Source: Longimicrobiales bacterium
Lineage (GTDB): Bacteria > Gemmatimonadota > Gemmatimonadetes > Longimicrobiales > Gaopeijiaceae
Assembly: GCA_965116905.1 (NCBI GenBank)
Contig: OZ220732.1
Span: forward strand, 2,208,001-2,272,000
DNA: 64,000 nucleotides
Direction: 5' to 3'
Position numbers and translations under genes: made by a program
Shown: one piece after another, positions 18,765 through 27,092 of the stretch
Layout of the letters: each line of letters begins with the position of its first letter
Numbering within the stretch: position 1 is the stretch's first letter
The notes under the pieces: generated by a model
What the model saw: the letters and a program-made list of their open reading frames with translations, nothing else
Database searches by the model: none
What the model was told of the DNA's origin: nothing

Positions 18765-20900
18765 GTGTTGATCCGGCAACGCCTGCGCACCTGCTTGTTT
18801 TCTGCCGTCTGCCCAGCGGTCCTGCCGCTTGCCGGAGGCTGCGGACTGCCCGACCTCGCGGCCGCGGATCCCTGCGCTCGGCCGGCCAACGAAATCGTGG
18901 CCGAGAACTGCCTTGGCGGGCACCCGGCGACCGAGTGGGACATCAACGGCTACGGCGATCCGAGCATTCAGGGGTTCGGCACCGAGATCGCGGTCGCGCG
19001 GGGGGAGTCGATCGACTTCAAGGTCGACACGGACTCGGACGACTACCGAATCGACATCTACCGGATGGGCTACTACGGCGGGATGGGTGCGCGGAGAGTG
19101 GACTCGATCGAGCCTTCCGCCGCGCTTCCACAGGCCCAGCCCGAGTGCCTGCGGGGGGACATCCCGGTGCTGGCCGAGGGGGGAGGACTCGACACGTGGC
19201 CGGCGCCGCTGGTCGACTGCGGCAACTGGGCGGTCTCGGCGTCCTGGCGGGCGCCCGAGGACGCGACCTCGGGGATCTACTTTGCGCGGCTGGTGCGCGA
19301 GGACCCTGTCGAGGGGTGGGTCAGGAACGACCGGTTCGACCCCTCGCCGCTGCCGCCGACGGGGCGGGATTCCCTATGGGAGGCCGACGGCTTTCGTGCG
19401 GTCATGCGGAACGCGCTGCGCGAGCCGCGGGCGAGCCACGTCTACTTCGTCGTGCGCGACGATGACGGCGCGTCGGACCTGCTCTTCCAGACATCGGACC
19501 TGACCTGGCAGGCGTACAACCGCTACGGCGGTCACAGCGTGTACGGCCGGCTCAACCCGGAGCGGCTGCGGCTGCACGGCGGCGAGCCGCGCGCGCCCAA
19601 GGTCAGCTATAACCGGCCCTTCGAGACGCGGCACTACCGGGCGGTCAACATGCCGTTCAACTCCGAGTACCCGATGGTGCGCTGGCTGGAGCGGAACGGC
19701 TATGACGTCAGCTATTCTTCGGGCGTGGATACCGACCGGCGCGGAGAGGAGTTGCTGGAGCACAGGGTCTTCCTGTCGGTCGGGCATGACGAGTACTGGA
19801 CGGGACGGCAGCGGCGGAACGTCGAAGCCGCACGGGCGGCGGGCGTGCACCTGGCCTTCTTCAGCTCCAACGAGGTCTACTGGAAGGTGCGCTGGGAGAC
19901 GAGCATCGACGGCTCGGGCCAGCCCTACCGGACGCTTGTGACCTACAAGGACTCGCAGGATCACCGGCGGTTGGACCCGGTGGAGTGGACGGGCGAGTTC
20001 CGCGATCACCGCGCGATCAACGCCGAGGGGCCGTGGCCCGAGAACGCGCTCACGGGGACGCTCTTCACGGTGAACGCCTGGCGCAACGACCCGATCATCG
20101 TGGACGCCGAGTTCGCGGGGTTGCGCTTCTGGCGGAACACGGAAGTGGCGCGGCTTCTCCCCGGCGAGCGCTACGTCTCGATCAAGGGGATTCTGGGCCA
20201 CGAATGGGATTCGGACATCGACAACGGATTCCGGCCGCCGGGGCTGTTCCGGGTGGCGGCGAGCACCTTCGACAACGTGCTCTACTGCGTGCATCCGGGG
20301 CGGGGTTGCGAGACCGGCAGCGCGACGCATCACGCGGTGATGTACCGTCACGAGAGCGGGGCGCTGGTGTTCGGCGCGGGGACGCTGCAGTGGTCGTGGG
20401 GGCTCGATGCGCACCACGACACCGAGACCGGCGTGCCTCCCGAGCGGCAGAACGGCAGCGACACGCGGGTGGGCGTGGACCCCCACGGGCCCGATCGGGT
20501 ACTGCAACAGGCGACGGTGAACCTGTTCGCGGACATGGGCGTGCAGCCCGCCACGCTGGAGGAGGGGCTGGTTGCGGCGGCGGCCTCGGGCGACGACGAG
20601 GCACCGATTTCGTCGGTCGACACGGTGTCCTTCGTCCTGGGCGGGGATGACGTCACCACCCATGTTACCGGGACGGCAACGGACAGCGGGGGCGGGATGG
20701 TGGCGGCCGTCGAGGTGTCGGTGGATGGTGGGGCGACCTGGCACCCGGCGCGCGGCCGGGAGAAGTGGCGCTACGCCTGGCAGCCCGACGCGGCGACGAG
20801 CGAGGTCTCGATCATGGTTCGGGCGGTGGACGACAGCGGGAATCTGGAGTTGGCCGGAGAGGCGGCGACGGTGGAGATCCCGGCTCGCCGGCCGAACTGA
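18765..20900 (+). CDS. N,N-dimethylformamidase beta-subunit-like (DUF6605) protein with C-terminal Ig-like domain
   Basis: GAGGAGG RBS; TWQAYN, VSYNRPF, EYPMVRWLERNGYDVSY, SVGHDEYW, NEVYWKVR; VEVSVDGGATW Ig fold. Confidence 0.8.
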   Translation: MLIRQRLRTCLFSAVCPAVLPLAGGCGLPDLAAADPCARPANEIVAENCLGGHPATEWDINGYGDPSIQGFGTEIAVARGESIDFKVDTDSDDYRIDIYRMGYYGGMGARRVDSIEPSAALPQAQPECLRGDIPVLAEGGGLDTWPAPLVDCGNWAVSASWRAPEDATSGIYFARLVREDPVEGWVRNDRFDPSPLPPTGRDSLWEADGFRAVMRNALREPRASHVYFVVRDDDGASDLLFQTSDLTWQAYNRYGGHSVYGRLNPERLRLHGGEPRAPKVSYNRPFETRHYRAVNMPFNSEYPMVRWLERNGYDVSYSSGVDTDRRGEELLEHRVFLSVGHDEYWTGRQRRNVEAARAAGVHLAFFSSNEVYWKVRWETSIDGSGQPYRTLVTYKDSQDHRRLDPVEWTGEFRDHRAINAEGPWPENALTGTLFTVNAWRNDPIIVDAEFAGLRFWRNTEVARLLPGERYVSIKGILGHEWDSDIDNGFRPPGLFRVAASTFDNVLYCVHPGRGCETGSATHHAVMYRHESGALVFGAGTLQWSWGLDAHHDTETGVPPERQNGSDTRVGVDPHGPDRVLQQATVNLFADMGVQPATLEEGLVAAAASGDDEAPISSVDTVSFVLGGDDVTTHVTGTATDSGGGMVAAVEVSVDGGATWHPARGREKWRYAWQPDAATSEVSIMVRAVDDSGNLELAGEAATVEIPARRPN

Positions 20901-20913
20901 CGGAGCGTACACC

Positions 20914-22086
20914 ATGTACGGAATGCTGCGAAGCGGGACTTTCCGGGCGTTGGGCGGGATGCTCGCGTTGGCGGGATGTGAGGCCGAGCCGGACGCGGAG
21001 CCGGTTGGCGGGCCCGTGCCGGGGGCGCCGCTGGAGATCGAGGCCGAGCCCGCGCTGAGCGTGGGCGTCCTCGGGGGCGATGTGCACCAGGAGTTCGACC
21101 GGGTGGTCAGGCCGTTCGTCCTGCTGGACGGGCGGCTGGTGGTTCCGAACTCCGGAGGTTACGACATCCGCGTGTTCGGTGAGGGTGGCGAGTTGCTGGA
21201 AGCCCTGGGCGGTCGTGGCGAGGGTCCCGGTGAGTTCACGTACCTTTCGGCCGCCTGGCCGCGGGGAGACACCATTGAAGCCTTCGACAGCCGGTTGCGG
21301 CGTGTCACCCGTTTCCTGCCGGACGGCTCCACGGAGGTCGTCCCGATTGCGGGCGGGGAGTATCCCGATCTCGGGCTGGGCGCTGGTCCGGTGGGTCGAG
21401 GCTGGGCGTTGGGCGGCGTTGTCTTTGCTGGCCACGGCCAACGTGACCGTGTTTCGGTCCATCACTTCGACCGGGACGGCGGTCACCTCGGCGAGCTGGT
21501 CTCGGTGGGTGGCATCGTCCGTTATTCCGCCGGCAATCTCGGCGGCGGCCCCGAACCCATGTCCCCGCGGTCGGTGGTGGTGGCAGAGGGGACCTACCTT
21601 TACTTCGGCGACACTCTGGAGCCCGTGATTCGCCGCACTTCCGCGCCCGGCAGCGCTGACGGAGAGGTTGCCTGGGAGCCGACGGAGTCCACGCCGGTGC
21701 GCGATGCCCTCGACCGGGTGATCGATCGGGCGGTATCCGAGGCGCCGGCGGACGAGGCGTCAGCGACGCGGGCCCGACATGAGGCAGCGCCCGTGCCGGA
21801 TGAGCTGTCGGTGTTCTGGGATTTCCTTGTGGATCCGGAGGGGTTCCTCTGGGTCCAGCCCTATGAGCCCCTGGCGCATGCCTTCGCCCTGGGGGGCAGG
21901 TACGCTGGAGGGGTCGGAAGCGGTGGTGCCTGGTCGGTCCTGACTACAGGGGGGCAGCCCGCCGGATCCATCGAAGTCCCCGATGCATTTGAATTGACGC
22001 AAATCACCCCCATGAGCGTCGTCGGGATCCGGCGCGACGAATTCGGCGTCGAGTCCGTGCACGTGCACCGGATTCGCCGGAATTGA
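20914..22086 (+). CDS. 6-bladed beta-propeller-type lipoprotein
   Basis: Lipobox LAGC; GGRGEGPGEF motif; C-terminal DEFGVESVHVHRI shared with paralogs. Confidence 0.7.
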   Translation: MYGMLRSGTFRALGGMLALAGCEAEPDAEPVGGPVPGAPLEIEAEPALSVGVLGGDVHQEFDRVVRPFVLLDGRLVVPNSGGYDIRVFGEGGELLEALGGRGEGPGEFTYLSAAWPRGDTIEAFDSRLRRVTRFLPDGSTEVVPIAGGEYPDLGLGAGPVGRGWALGGVVFAGHGQRDRVSVHHFDRDGGHLGELVSVGGIVRYSAGNLGGGPEPMSPRSVVVAEGTYLYFGDTLEPVIRRTSAPGSADGEVAWEPTESTPVRDALDRVIDRAVSEAPADEASATRARHEAAPVPDELSVFWDFLVDPEGFLWVQPYEPLAHAFALGGRYAGGVGSGGAWSVLTTGGQPAGSIEVPDAFELTQITPMSVVGIRRDEFGVESVHVHRIRRN

Positions 22087-22136
22087 CAAAGTTTGCCATC
22101 GTGTAGGCACGTTTGCCGCGATCTTCTGGAGGCACC

Positions 22137-24230
22137 ATGACCGCACGCGCCCTTTTCGTCCCCCTGGTCACCGTTGCCGTCGTGCACCTCGTCATCGCGC
22201 ATGCCGCGTGCACCCCCACCCAGGACACGCAGGTCGTCCGCGTGGAGATCGACGAGCGCGTCCCCTTCGCGGGCGGCCACGCGTTCGGCGACACCGGACC
22301 GTACGAGAAGATCGTCGGGAGACTCCACATCGAGGTCGATCCCGACCACCCCGCCAATGCCCGCGTGAGTGACCTGAGTCTGGCGCCGACCAACGAGCGT
22401 GGACGCGTGGAGGTCTGGACCGACTTCTTCCTGCTCAAGCCCGTCGACGCCGGCCGCGGCAACGGGCGGCTTCTCTACGACGTGGCCAACCGCGGCAACA
22501 AGGTCGCGCTGGGGACCTTCAACGGAGGCGGGGGCAACGATCCGGCCGCGCTGGAGGACGCGGGCGACGGGTTCCTCATGGAGGAGGGGTACTCGATCCT
22601 GTGGAGCGGGTGGAGCGGGGACGTGGCAGCCGGCAACGACCGTGTCCGGATCGGTGTGCCGATCGCGCGCAACGAGGACGGAAGCTCGATCGTCGGGCGC
22701 ATCTACGCCGAGCTGGAGTCGACCGTCTACGGCCTGTACATCGCGAACGTGCTGGAGCCGGGGAGCGACGCCGCGATCCGCAGGTACTACAGCCTGCCCT
22801 TCGATTGGGGGAGTTCGCTGCCCTATCCGTCCGTTGCGGCGGATAACGGCAGAGCGACCCTGGTGAAGCGGCCGGACCGCGACGGGAAGGGGGTCGAGGT
22901 TCCGCGGGACGAGTGGAGCTTCGGGCGTCTGGAGAACGGCGTGGTCGTGCCCGATCCGACCTGGGTTCACGTGGAGGAAGGGTTCGAGCCGGGCTGGCTC
23001 TACGACCTCGTGTACGAGGGGAAGGACCCCAGGGTCACGGGGCTGGGGCTCGCGGCCACGCGCGACGTGATCTCGTTCTTCCGCTATGCGTCGGACGAGG
23101 AGGGGCCGCTCGCCAATCCCCTCGCCGGGTCCGTGGAGTTCGCCTACGGCTACGGCGGATCGCAATCGGGCCGCTTCCTGCACCACTTCGTCTACGAGGG
23201 ATTCAACGCGGATCTGGAGGGGCGGTTCGTCTTCGACGCCATCATGCCTCATGTCGCGGGCGCGGGGAAGGGAATCTTCAACCATCGCTTTGGCCAGACC
23301 ACACGCCACGGGAGCCATCACGAGGAAGGGCTGTATCCGTCGGACTTCTTCCCCTTCAACTCCGTCCAGCAGGTGGATCCGGTGACCGGCGCGAGCGGGT
23401 CCATGTTCGACCGGGCGCGTGCGAGCGGTCATGTGCCACGGGTGTTCTTCACACAGACGTCCACCGAGTACTGGTCGCGGGCGGCTTCGCTGCTGCACAC
23501 CGACGTCGAGGGCACGGTCGATGCCGATGTCGATCCGTCGGTGCGCATCTACATGATTACGGGCACGGCGCACAACTCGATGACCGGCGGCGTCTATCAG
23601 AGTCCGGTGAACCGGGCCACCACGCGGCCCGTGATGAGGGCGCTGCTCGTGGCGCTCGACCGGTGGGCTGCCGAGGGGATCGAACCGCCCGAGAGCCGCT
23701 ATCCGCGGATCGACGACGGCACGCTGGTCGATCTGGCGGCGTTTCGCGCCGGCTGGCCCGGCATTCCCGGAGCATTGGCGCCCGACGACTTCTATCGGCC
23801 GCTCCGCCTGGATCCCGGCCCCCGCTGGTACACCGAGGGCATCGCCGACCACGTGCCGCCGAGAGCCGGCCCGGCATTCCGGACGCTGGTGCCCATGGTC
23901 GACGCGGACGGCAACGAGGTGGGGGGGATCCGGCTGCCGCACGTGGCGGTGCCGCTGGCGACCTGGACCGGCTGGAACCTGCGGGACGCCTCCTGGGGTG
24001 CGGGCGGAATGCTCACCCGGTGGATGGGGTCGTATCTGGCGTTTCCGTGGACCGAGGCGGAGCGGTCGGCCCTGGGAGACCCGCGCAGGTCGGTGCAGGA
24101 CCGCTACGCCACGCACGATGCGTACGTGGCTCAGGTCGAGCGCGTGTGCCGGGAACTGGTGGCCGGCGGCTACCTGCTGGAGCGGGACGCCGCGGCGCTC
24201 GTGCGAGAGGCTGCGGATCGGGAGTGGTGA
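22137..24230 (+). CDS. Secreted alpha/beta-hydrolase domain protein
   Basis: GGAGG RBS; GPYEKIVGR, LLYDVANRG, GGSQSGRFL nucleophile elbow, GGIRLP..AVPLATWTGWN. Confidence 0.78.
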   Translation: MTARALFVPLVTVAVVHLVIAHAACTPTQDTQVVRVEIDERVPFAGGHAFGDTGPYEKIVGRLHIEVDPDHPANARVSDLSLAPTNERGRVEVWTDFFLLKPVDAGRGNGRLLYDVANRGNKVALGTFNGGGGNDPAALEDAGDGFLMEEGYSILWSGWSGDVAAGNDRVRIGVPIARNEDGSSIVGRIYAELESTVYGLYIANVLEPGSDAAIRRYYSLPFDWGSSLPYPSVAADNGRATLVKRPDRDGKGVEVPRDEWSFGRLENGVVVPDPTWVHVEEGFEPGWLYDLVYEGKDPRVTGLGLAATRDVISFFRYASDEEGPLANPLAGSVEFAYGYGGSQSGRFLHHFVYEGFNADLEGRFVFDAIMPHVAGAGKGIFNHRFGQTTRHGSHHEEGLYPSDFFPFNSVQQVDPVTGASGSMFDRARASGHVPRVFFTQTSTEYWSRAASLLHTDVEGTVDADVDPSVRIYMITGTAHNSMTGGVYQSPVNRATTRPVMRALLVALDRWAAEGIEPPESRYPRIDDGTLVDLAAFRAGWPGIPGALAPDDFYRPLRLDPGPRWYTEGIADHVPPRAGPAFRTLVPMVDADGNEVGGIRLPHVAVPLATWTGWNLRDASWGAGGMLTRWMGSYLAFPWTEAERSALGDPRRSVQDRYATHDAYVAQVERVCRELVAGGYLLERDAAALVREAADREW

Positions 24231-24324
24231 CCGTCAAGCCGGGAGTGGTGACCGCCAAGCCGGGAGTGGTGACCGCCAAGCCGGGAGTGGTGATCGCCAA
24301 GCCGGGAGTGGTGATCGCCAAGCC
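24220..24324 (+). repeat. 21-bp tandem repeat GGGAGTGGTGAYCGYCAAGCC x5
   Basis: Five contiguous units at 24220, 24241, 24262, 24283, 24304; first unit contains the hydrolase stop codon. Confidence 0.95.
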
Positions 24325-24333
24325 GGGAAAGTC

Positions 24334-24361
24334 CAATACTGAACATTATTGTTTAGTATTG
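24334..24361. other. 28-bp dif-like palindromic site 2: CAATACTGAAC-ATTATT-GTTTAGTATTG
   Basis: 10/11 arm complementarity; convergent gene junction. Confidence 0.8.
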
Positions 24362-25770
24362 GGCACGCACAAGGGGTGCACACCCTGAATGCACTGCCGC
24401 ACCGCGGTCCGCACCTGGCTCATCGAGATGTCCGGCTGGTCCGCCCGCTCGGCCACAAGGCGGGCGATGTCGTCCAGCGTCCGGCGGCCGTCGATGGACG
24501 AGACCACCATCCGGATCATCGAGGCTTCGGACCAGAAGAGGGCCTGGCCCTCGAACGTGGGAATGGGCAGGTGTCGGAAGACCAGCCAGGACGGCGGATC
24601 GGTGTGGGGATGTGAGCCCTGTGCCGGCGCTTCGAGCCGGGTGGCCGAGAACGCCAGCACCCACTCCACCTTCCCTCGACCGTTCAGCCTGGAGACCAGG
24701 TAGGGCACGGTCGCGCTTCTCGACGGCCCAACGCGGAACCCCGCCAGCTCGGCCAGGCCAAGAAGCTCCTCCCGGGCGAAGCGGCGCGAGACGGGAACGT
24801 CCAGGTCGTACTTGAGAGGACCCAGGTTCACCCATCGTCCGCCCGGCTTCAGCATCCGATGAAGGGTGCTGATCAGGTCGCGGACATCTTCGGGTCCCTG
24901 ATCGATGAACCACGGCGTCAGCACCGTGTCGAAGGTCCCGGGATGGACCGGCGGGTCGACGGCATCCGCGATGAGGAAATGGAATCGGGTATCGTCGACC
25001 GGTCCCCGCGGCGCCGCCAGCGACCACTCCTTCACAGCCTGACTCACGTCGCCCATCTCGAGATTGGCCTCGCGGATGGTGAGGGACTCACCGTGGGTCA
25101 CGGCGTGGGCTGCCGCGAAAAGGACCGGGTCCAGGTCCATCATCATGATTTCCGCATCCGGGTGGCGCTGATGGATGTCGTAAGCGAGCCGGCACGCGCC
25201 CGCACCCATGACGAGCGTGCGTCCGGGTTCGGTGTCCCCCAGCATGTCCTCCACCATGCACAGCGCCTGCTCGTTCTCGCCGTCTGCCTCCGGAGGCCAG
25301 CCCCAGTCGCGGTAGAGGTACGGCAGGTGATGCAGGGTGGCCGGTGCCTGGTGCGCGCACTTCGGACCCTGTGGGCGGATCGTGGCCGGCAGCCGGGGCT
25401 CGAGGATGGCGCGGACATCGGCCAGTTGCCCGGCAATCGCCTTCATCGTCGTCTCACAACGCTTCCTCGTGGCCGGCAGCAGGTCCGCCGTCTGAAGCTG
25501 TTCCCGGATATCCCGGACGGTTTGCTCCACCTGTCGCTCCAGCCGGTCCAACTGGCCCCGGCACGACGCGAGATAGGCAAGTGGCTCGGAGAGGAGCACG
25601 GGAATGCGGCCCAGTCGGGGGTATACGTGTCCGCACTTGCGGCACCGGAGAGTCGTTGCGCTCAGATCGAGGTCGCCCGCACACCGGGGGCAGAGGACCG
25701 CACGCAGAAGGCACTCGACTTTCGTCGGCGAGCCGTGTCCTGTGCTGTCGCGTCCTCGTGTTCTGGACAT
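24346..25770 (-). CDS. SAM-dependent methyltransferase, N2227/carnosine N-methyltransferase-like, with N-terminal Zn ribbon
   Basis: CPRC..CRKC; YRDW, MGAGACRLAYDI, WFIDQ, LKPGGRWVNLGPLKY; C-terminal IDGRRTLDDIA (PqqD-like wHTH). Confidence 0.72.
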   Translation of the reverse strand: MSRTRGRDSTGHGSPTKVECLLRAVLCPRCAGDLDLSATTLRCRKCGHVYPRLGRIPVLLSEPLAYLASCRGQLDRLERQVEQTVRDIREQLQTADLLPATRKRCETTMKAIAGQLADVRAILEPRLPATIRPQGPKCAHQAPATLHHLPYLYRDWGWPPEADGENEQALCMVEDMLGDTEPGRTLVMGAGACRLAYDIHQRHPDAEIMMMDLDPVLFAAAHAVTHGESLTIREANLEMGDVSQAVKEWSLAAPRGPVDDTRFHFLIADAVDPPVHPGTFDTVLTPWFIDQGPEDVRDLISTLHRMLKPGGRWVNLGPLKYDLDVPVSRRFAREELLGLAELAGFRVGPSRSATVPYLVSRLNGRGKVEWVLAFSATRLEAPAQGSHPHTDPPSWLVFRHLPIPTFEGQALFWSEASMIRMVVSSIDGRRTLDDIARLVAERADQPDISMSQVRTAVRQCIQGVHPLCVPNTKQ

Positions 25771-25808
25771 CGATTCCCCTCTCGAGTCGGAAAGCGACGC
25801 CAGGAATT

Positions 25809-26912
25809 CTACGTCGGTACGGAAGGATTGCCCCGACCGTCGTCAGGTTTGTGCGCATGCACGAGAAAGCAGGGCGTGAAGACGCCCGCCTCGCCCGCCT
25901 CGACCAGAGCGTCGGCCGCCCCATTGAGGATACGGGACGCTTCACCCACACCGGCCGGCGCGATGCGGAGCTGTTCGAACAGGGAGACTGCGCGGGCGGT
26001 GAACCAACGGCCGACCGGAATGCGCGCCACCGACGTGAGCGAGAAGTCGCGTCCCTGAAGCGACCGGTACCATGGGGAGTCCGGATCGCTATCGACAGCC
26101 TGGTCCCGGCTCGATAGAACATCAAAGCCCGCCGCCTCCACGGCGTCGACGAACTGTGCAGTCGTCGGAAGGTCGGGAGTAGCGTTCGCGAATTCGACCC
26201 GGTCCCGGATGTCGCGATGAACCGGGTTGCTCTCGTCGAAGAGGTCGGTAAGACACCACTCGGTCAGGGCGATCCGGCCGCCCGGCCTGAGAAGGCGCCA
26301 AAGCTCACCGAAACAGACATCCCTGTCGGGCGTGTGGCAGATGGCCTCGAACGAGTAGGCGGCATCGAAGCAGCCGTCGGCGAGAGGTACATCCAGGTAA
26401 TTGGCCAGCAGGAAATCGCAGGTCTCCTCCAGTCCCGCCTTGCGTGCCGCCCTGCGACAGCGCGCGATCTGGTATGCGTTGAAGTTCAGCCCCGTTATGC
26501 TGGCGCCGGTTGCCCTCGCAATGTTGATTGCGGGTCCCCCGACACCGCATCCAATGTCGGCGACCCTCATCCCGGGATTGAGATTCAAGACTCCAGCCAC
26601 GCCAGCCTCCTGGCGGCGTTGCGCGGCGTGAAGACCTTCCCCGGATCGTCTCGGCGCGAAGTGGAAGGACTGTCCCCAGGCATACTCGTAGAACCTGGTG
26701 ACCACGTCGTAGAATCGGCTCACCATCTTGGGTTGATCGGGTATGACGCGATCGCCGTTTCGGGCTGTGACCAGTTTCTTGAGTTGCAGAAAGTCGTCGA
26801 GCGCCTCCCGCAGGGTGCCGCCGCTGTTTGCCTCAACCAGGCGGCCACCCCGCGTCTCTTCGGACGAGCGGCGTTCCCTCCACGCAGGTTCGGTCTCGCG
26901 GCTCATGTTCAT
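25809..26912 (-). CDS. Sterol C24-methyltransferase (SMT/ERG6-like)
   Basis: FYEYAWGQSFHFAP, DIGCGVGGP, FEAICHTP, TEW, PWY and C-terminal GVFTP..LVHAHKP match SMT conserved regions. Confidence 0.88.
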   Translation of the reverse strand: MNMSRETEPAWRERRSSEETRGGRLVEANSGGTLREALDDFLQLKKLVTARNGDRVIPDQPKMVSRFYDVVTRFYEYAWGQSFHFAPRRSGEGLHAAQRRQEAGVAGVLNLNPGMRVADIGCGVGGPAINIARATGASITGLNFNAYQIARCRRAARKAGLEETCDFLLANYLDVPLADGCFDAAYSFEAICHTPDRDVCFGELWRLLRPGGRIALTEWCLTDLFDESNPVHRDIRDRVEFANATPDLPTTAQFVDAVEAAGFDVLSSRDQAVDSDPDSPWYRSLQGRDFSLTSVARIPVGRWFTARAVSLFEQLRIAPAGVGEASRILNGAADALVEAGEAGVFTPCFLVHAHKPDDGRGNPSVPT

Positions 26913-27092
26913 TCGGGCTGGTCCGTGACATCACACGGGGTTGGCTGCACGGGCAGGGGGTGACCTCGTCGAATATGGGGCAGCATTCGGCGGTTGTCGA
27001 CGATACCGGTCCCGGTGCTCGTGCGGATTCATCCACGGACTGCTAGAATGTTGGTATCCAGCGTCGGATACAAGGCGTTCAACGGGGGTGGA

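Noticed and set aside
4902..24116. Long antisense ORFs (e.g. 4902..6977, 8264..10177, 11418..13715, 21861..24116)
   Set aside because: Shadow ORFs opposite well-supported genes, typical of high-GC DNA; no recognisable motifs.
24220..24324. Possible CRISPR array
   Set aside because: Units are contiguous with no spacers, and there are no cas genes in the window.
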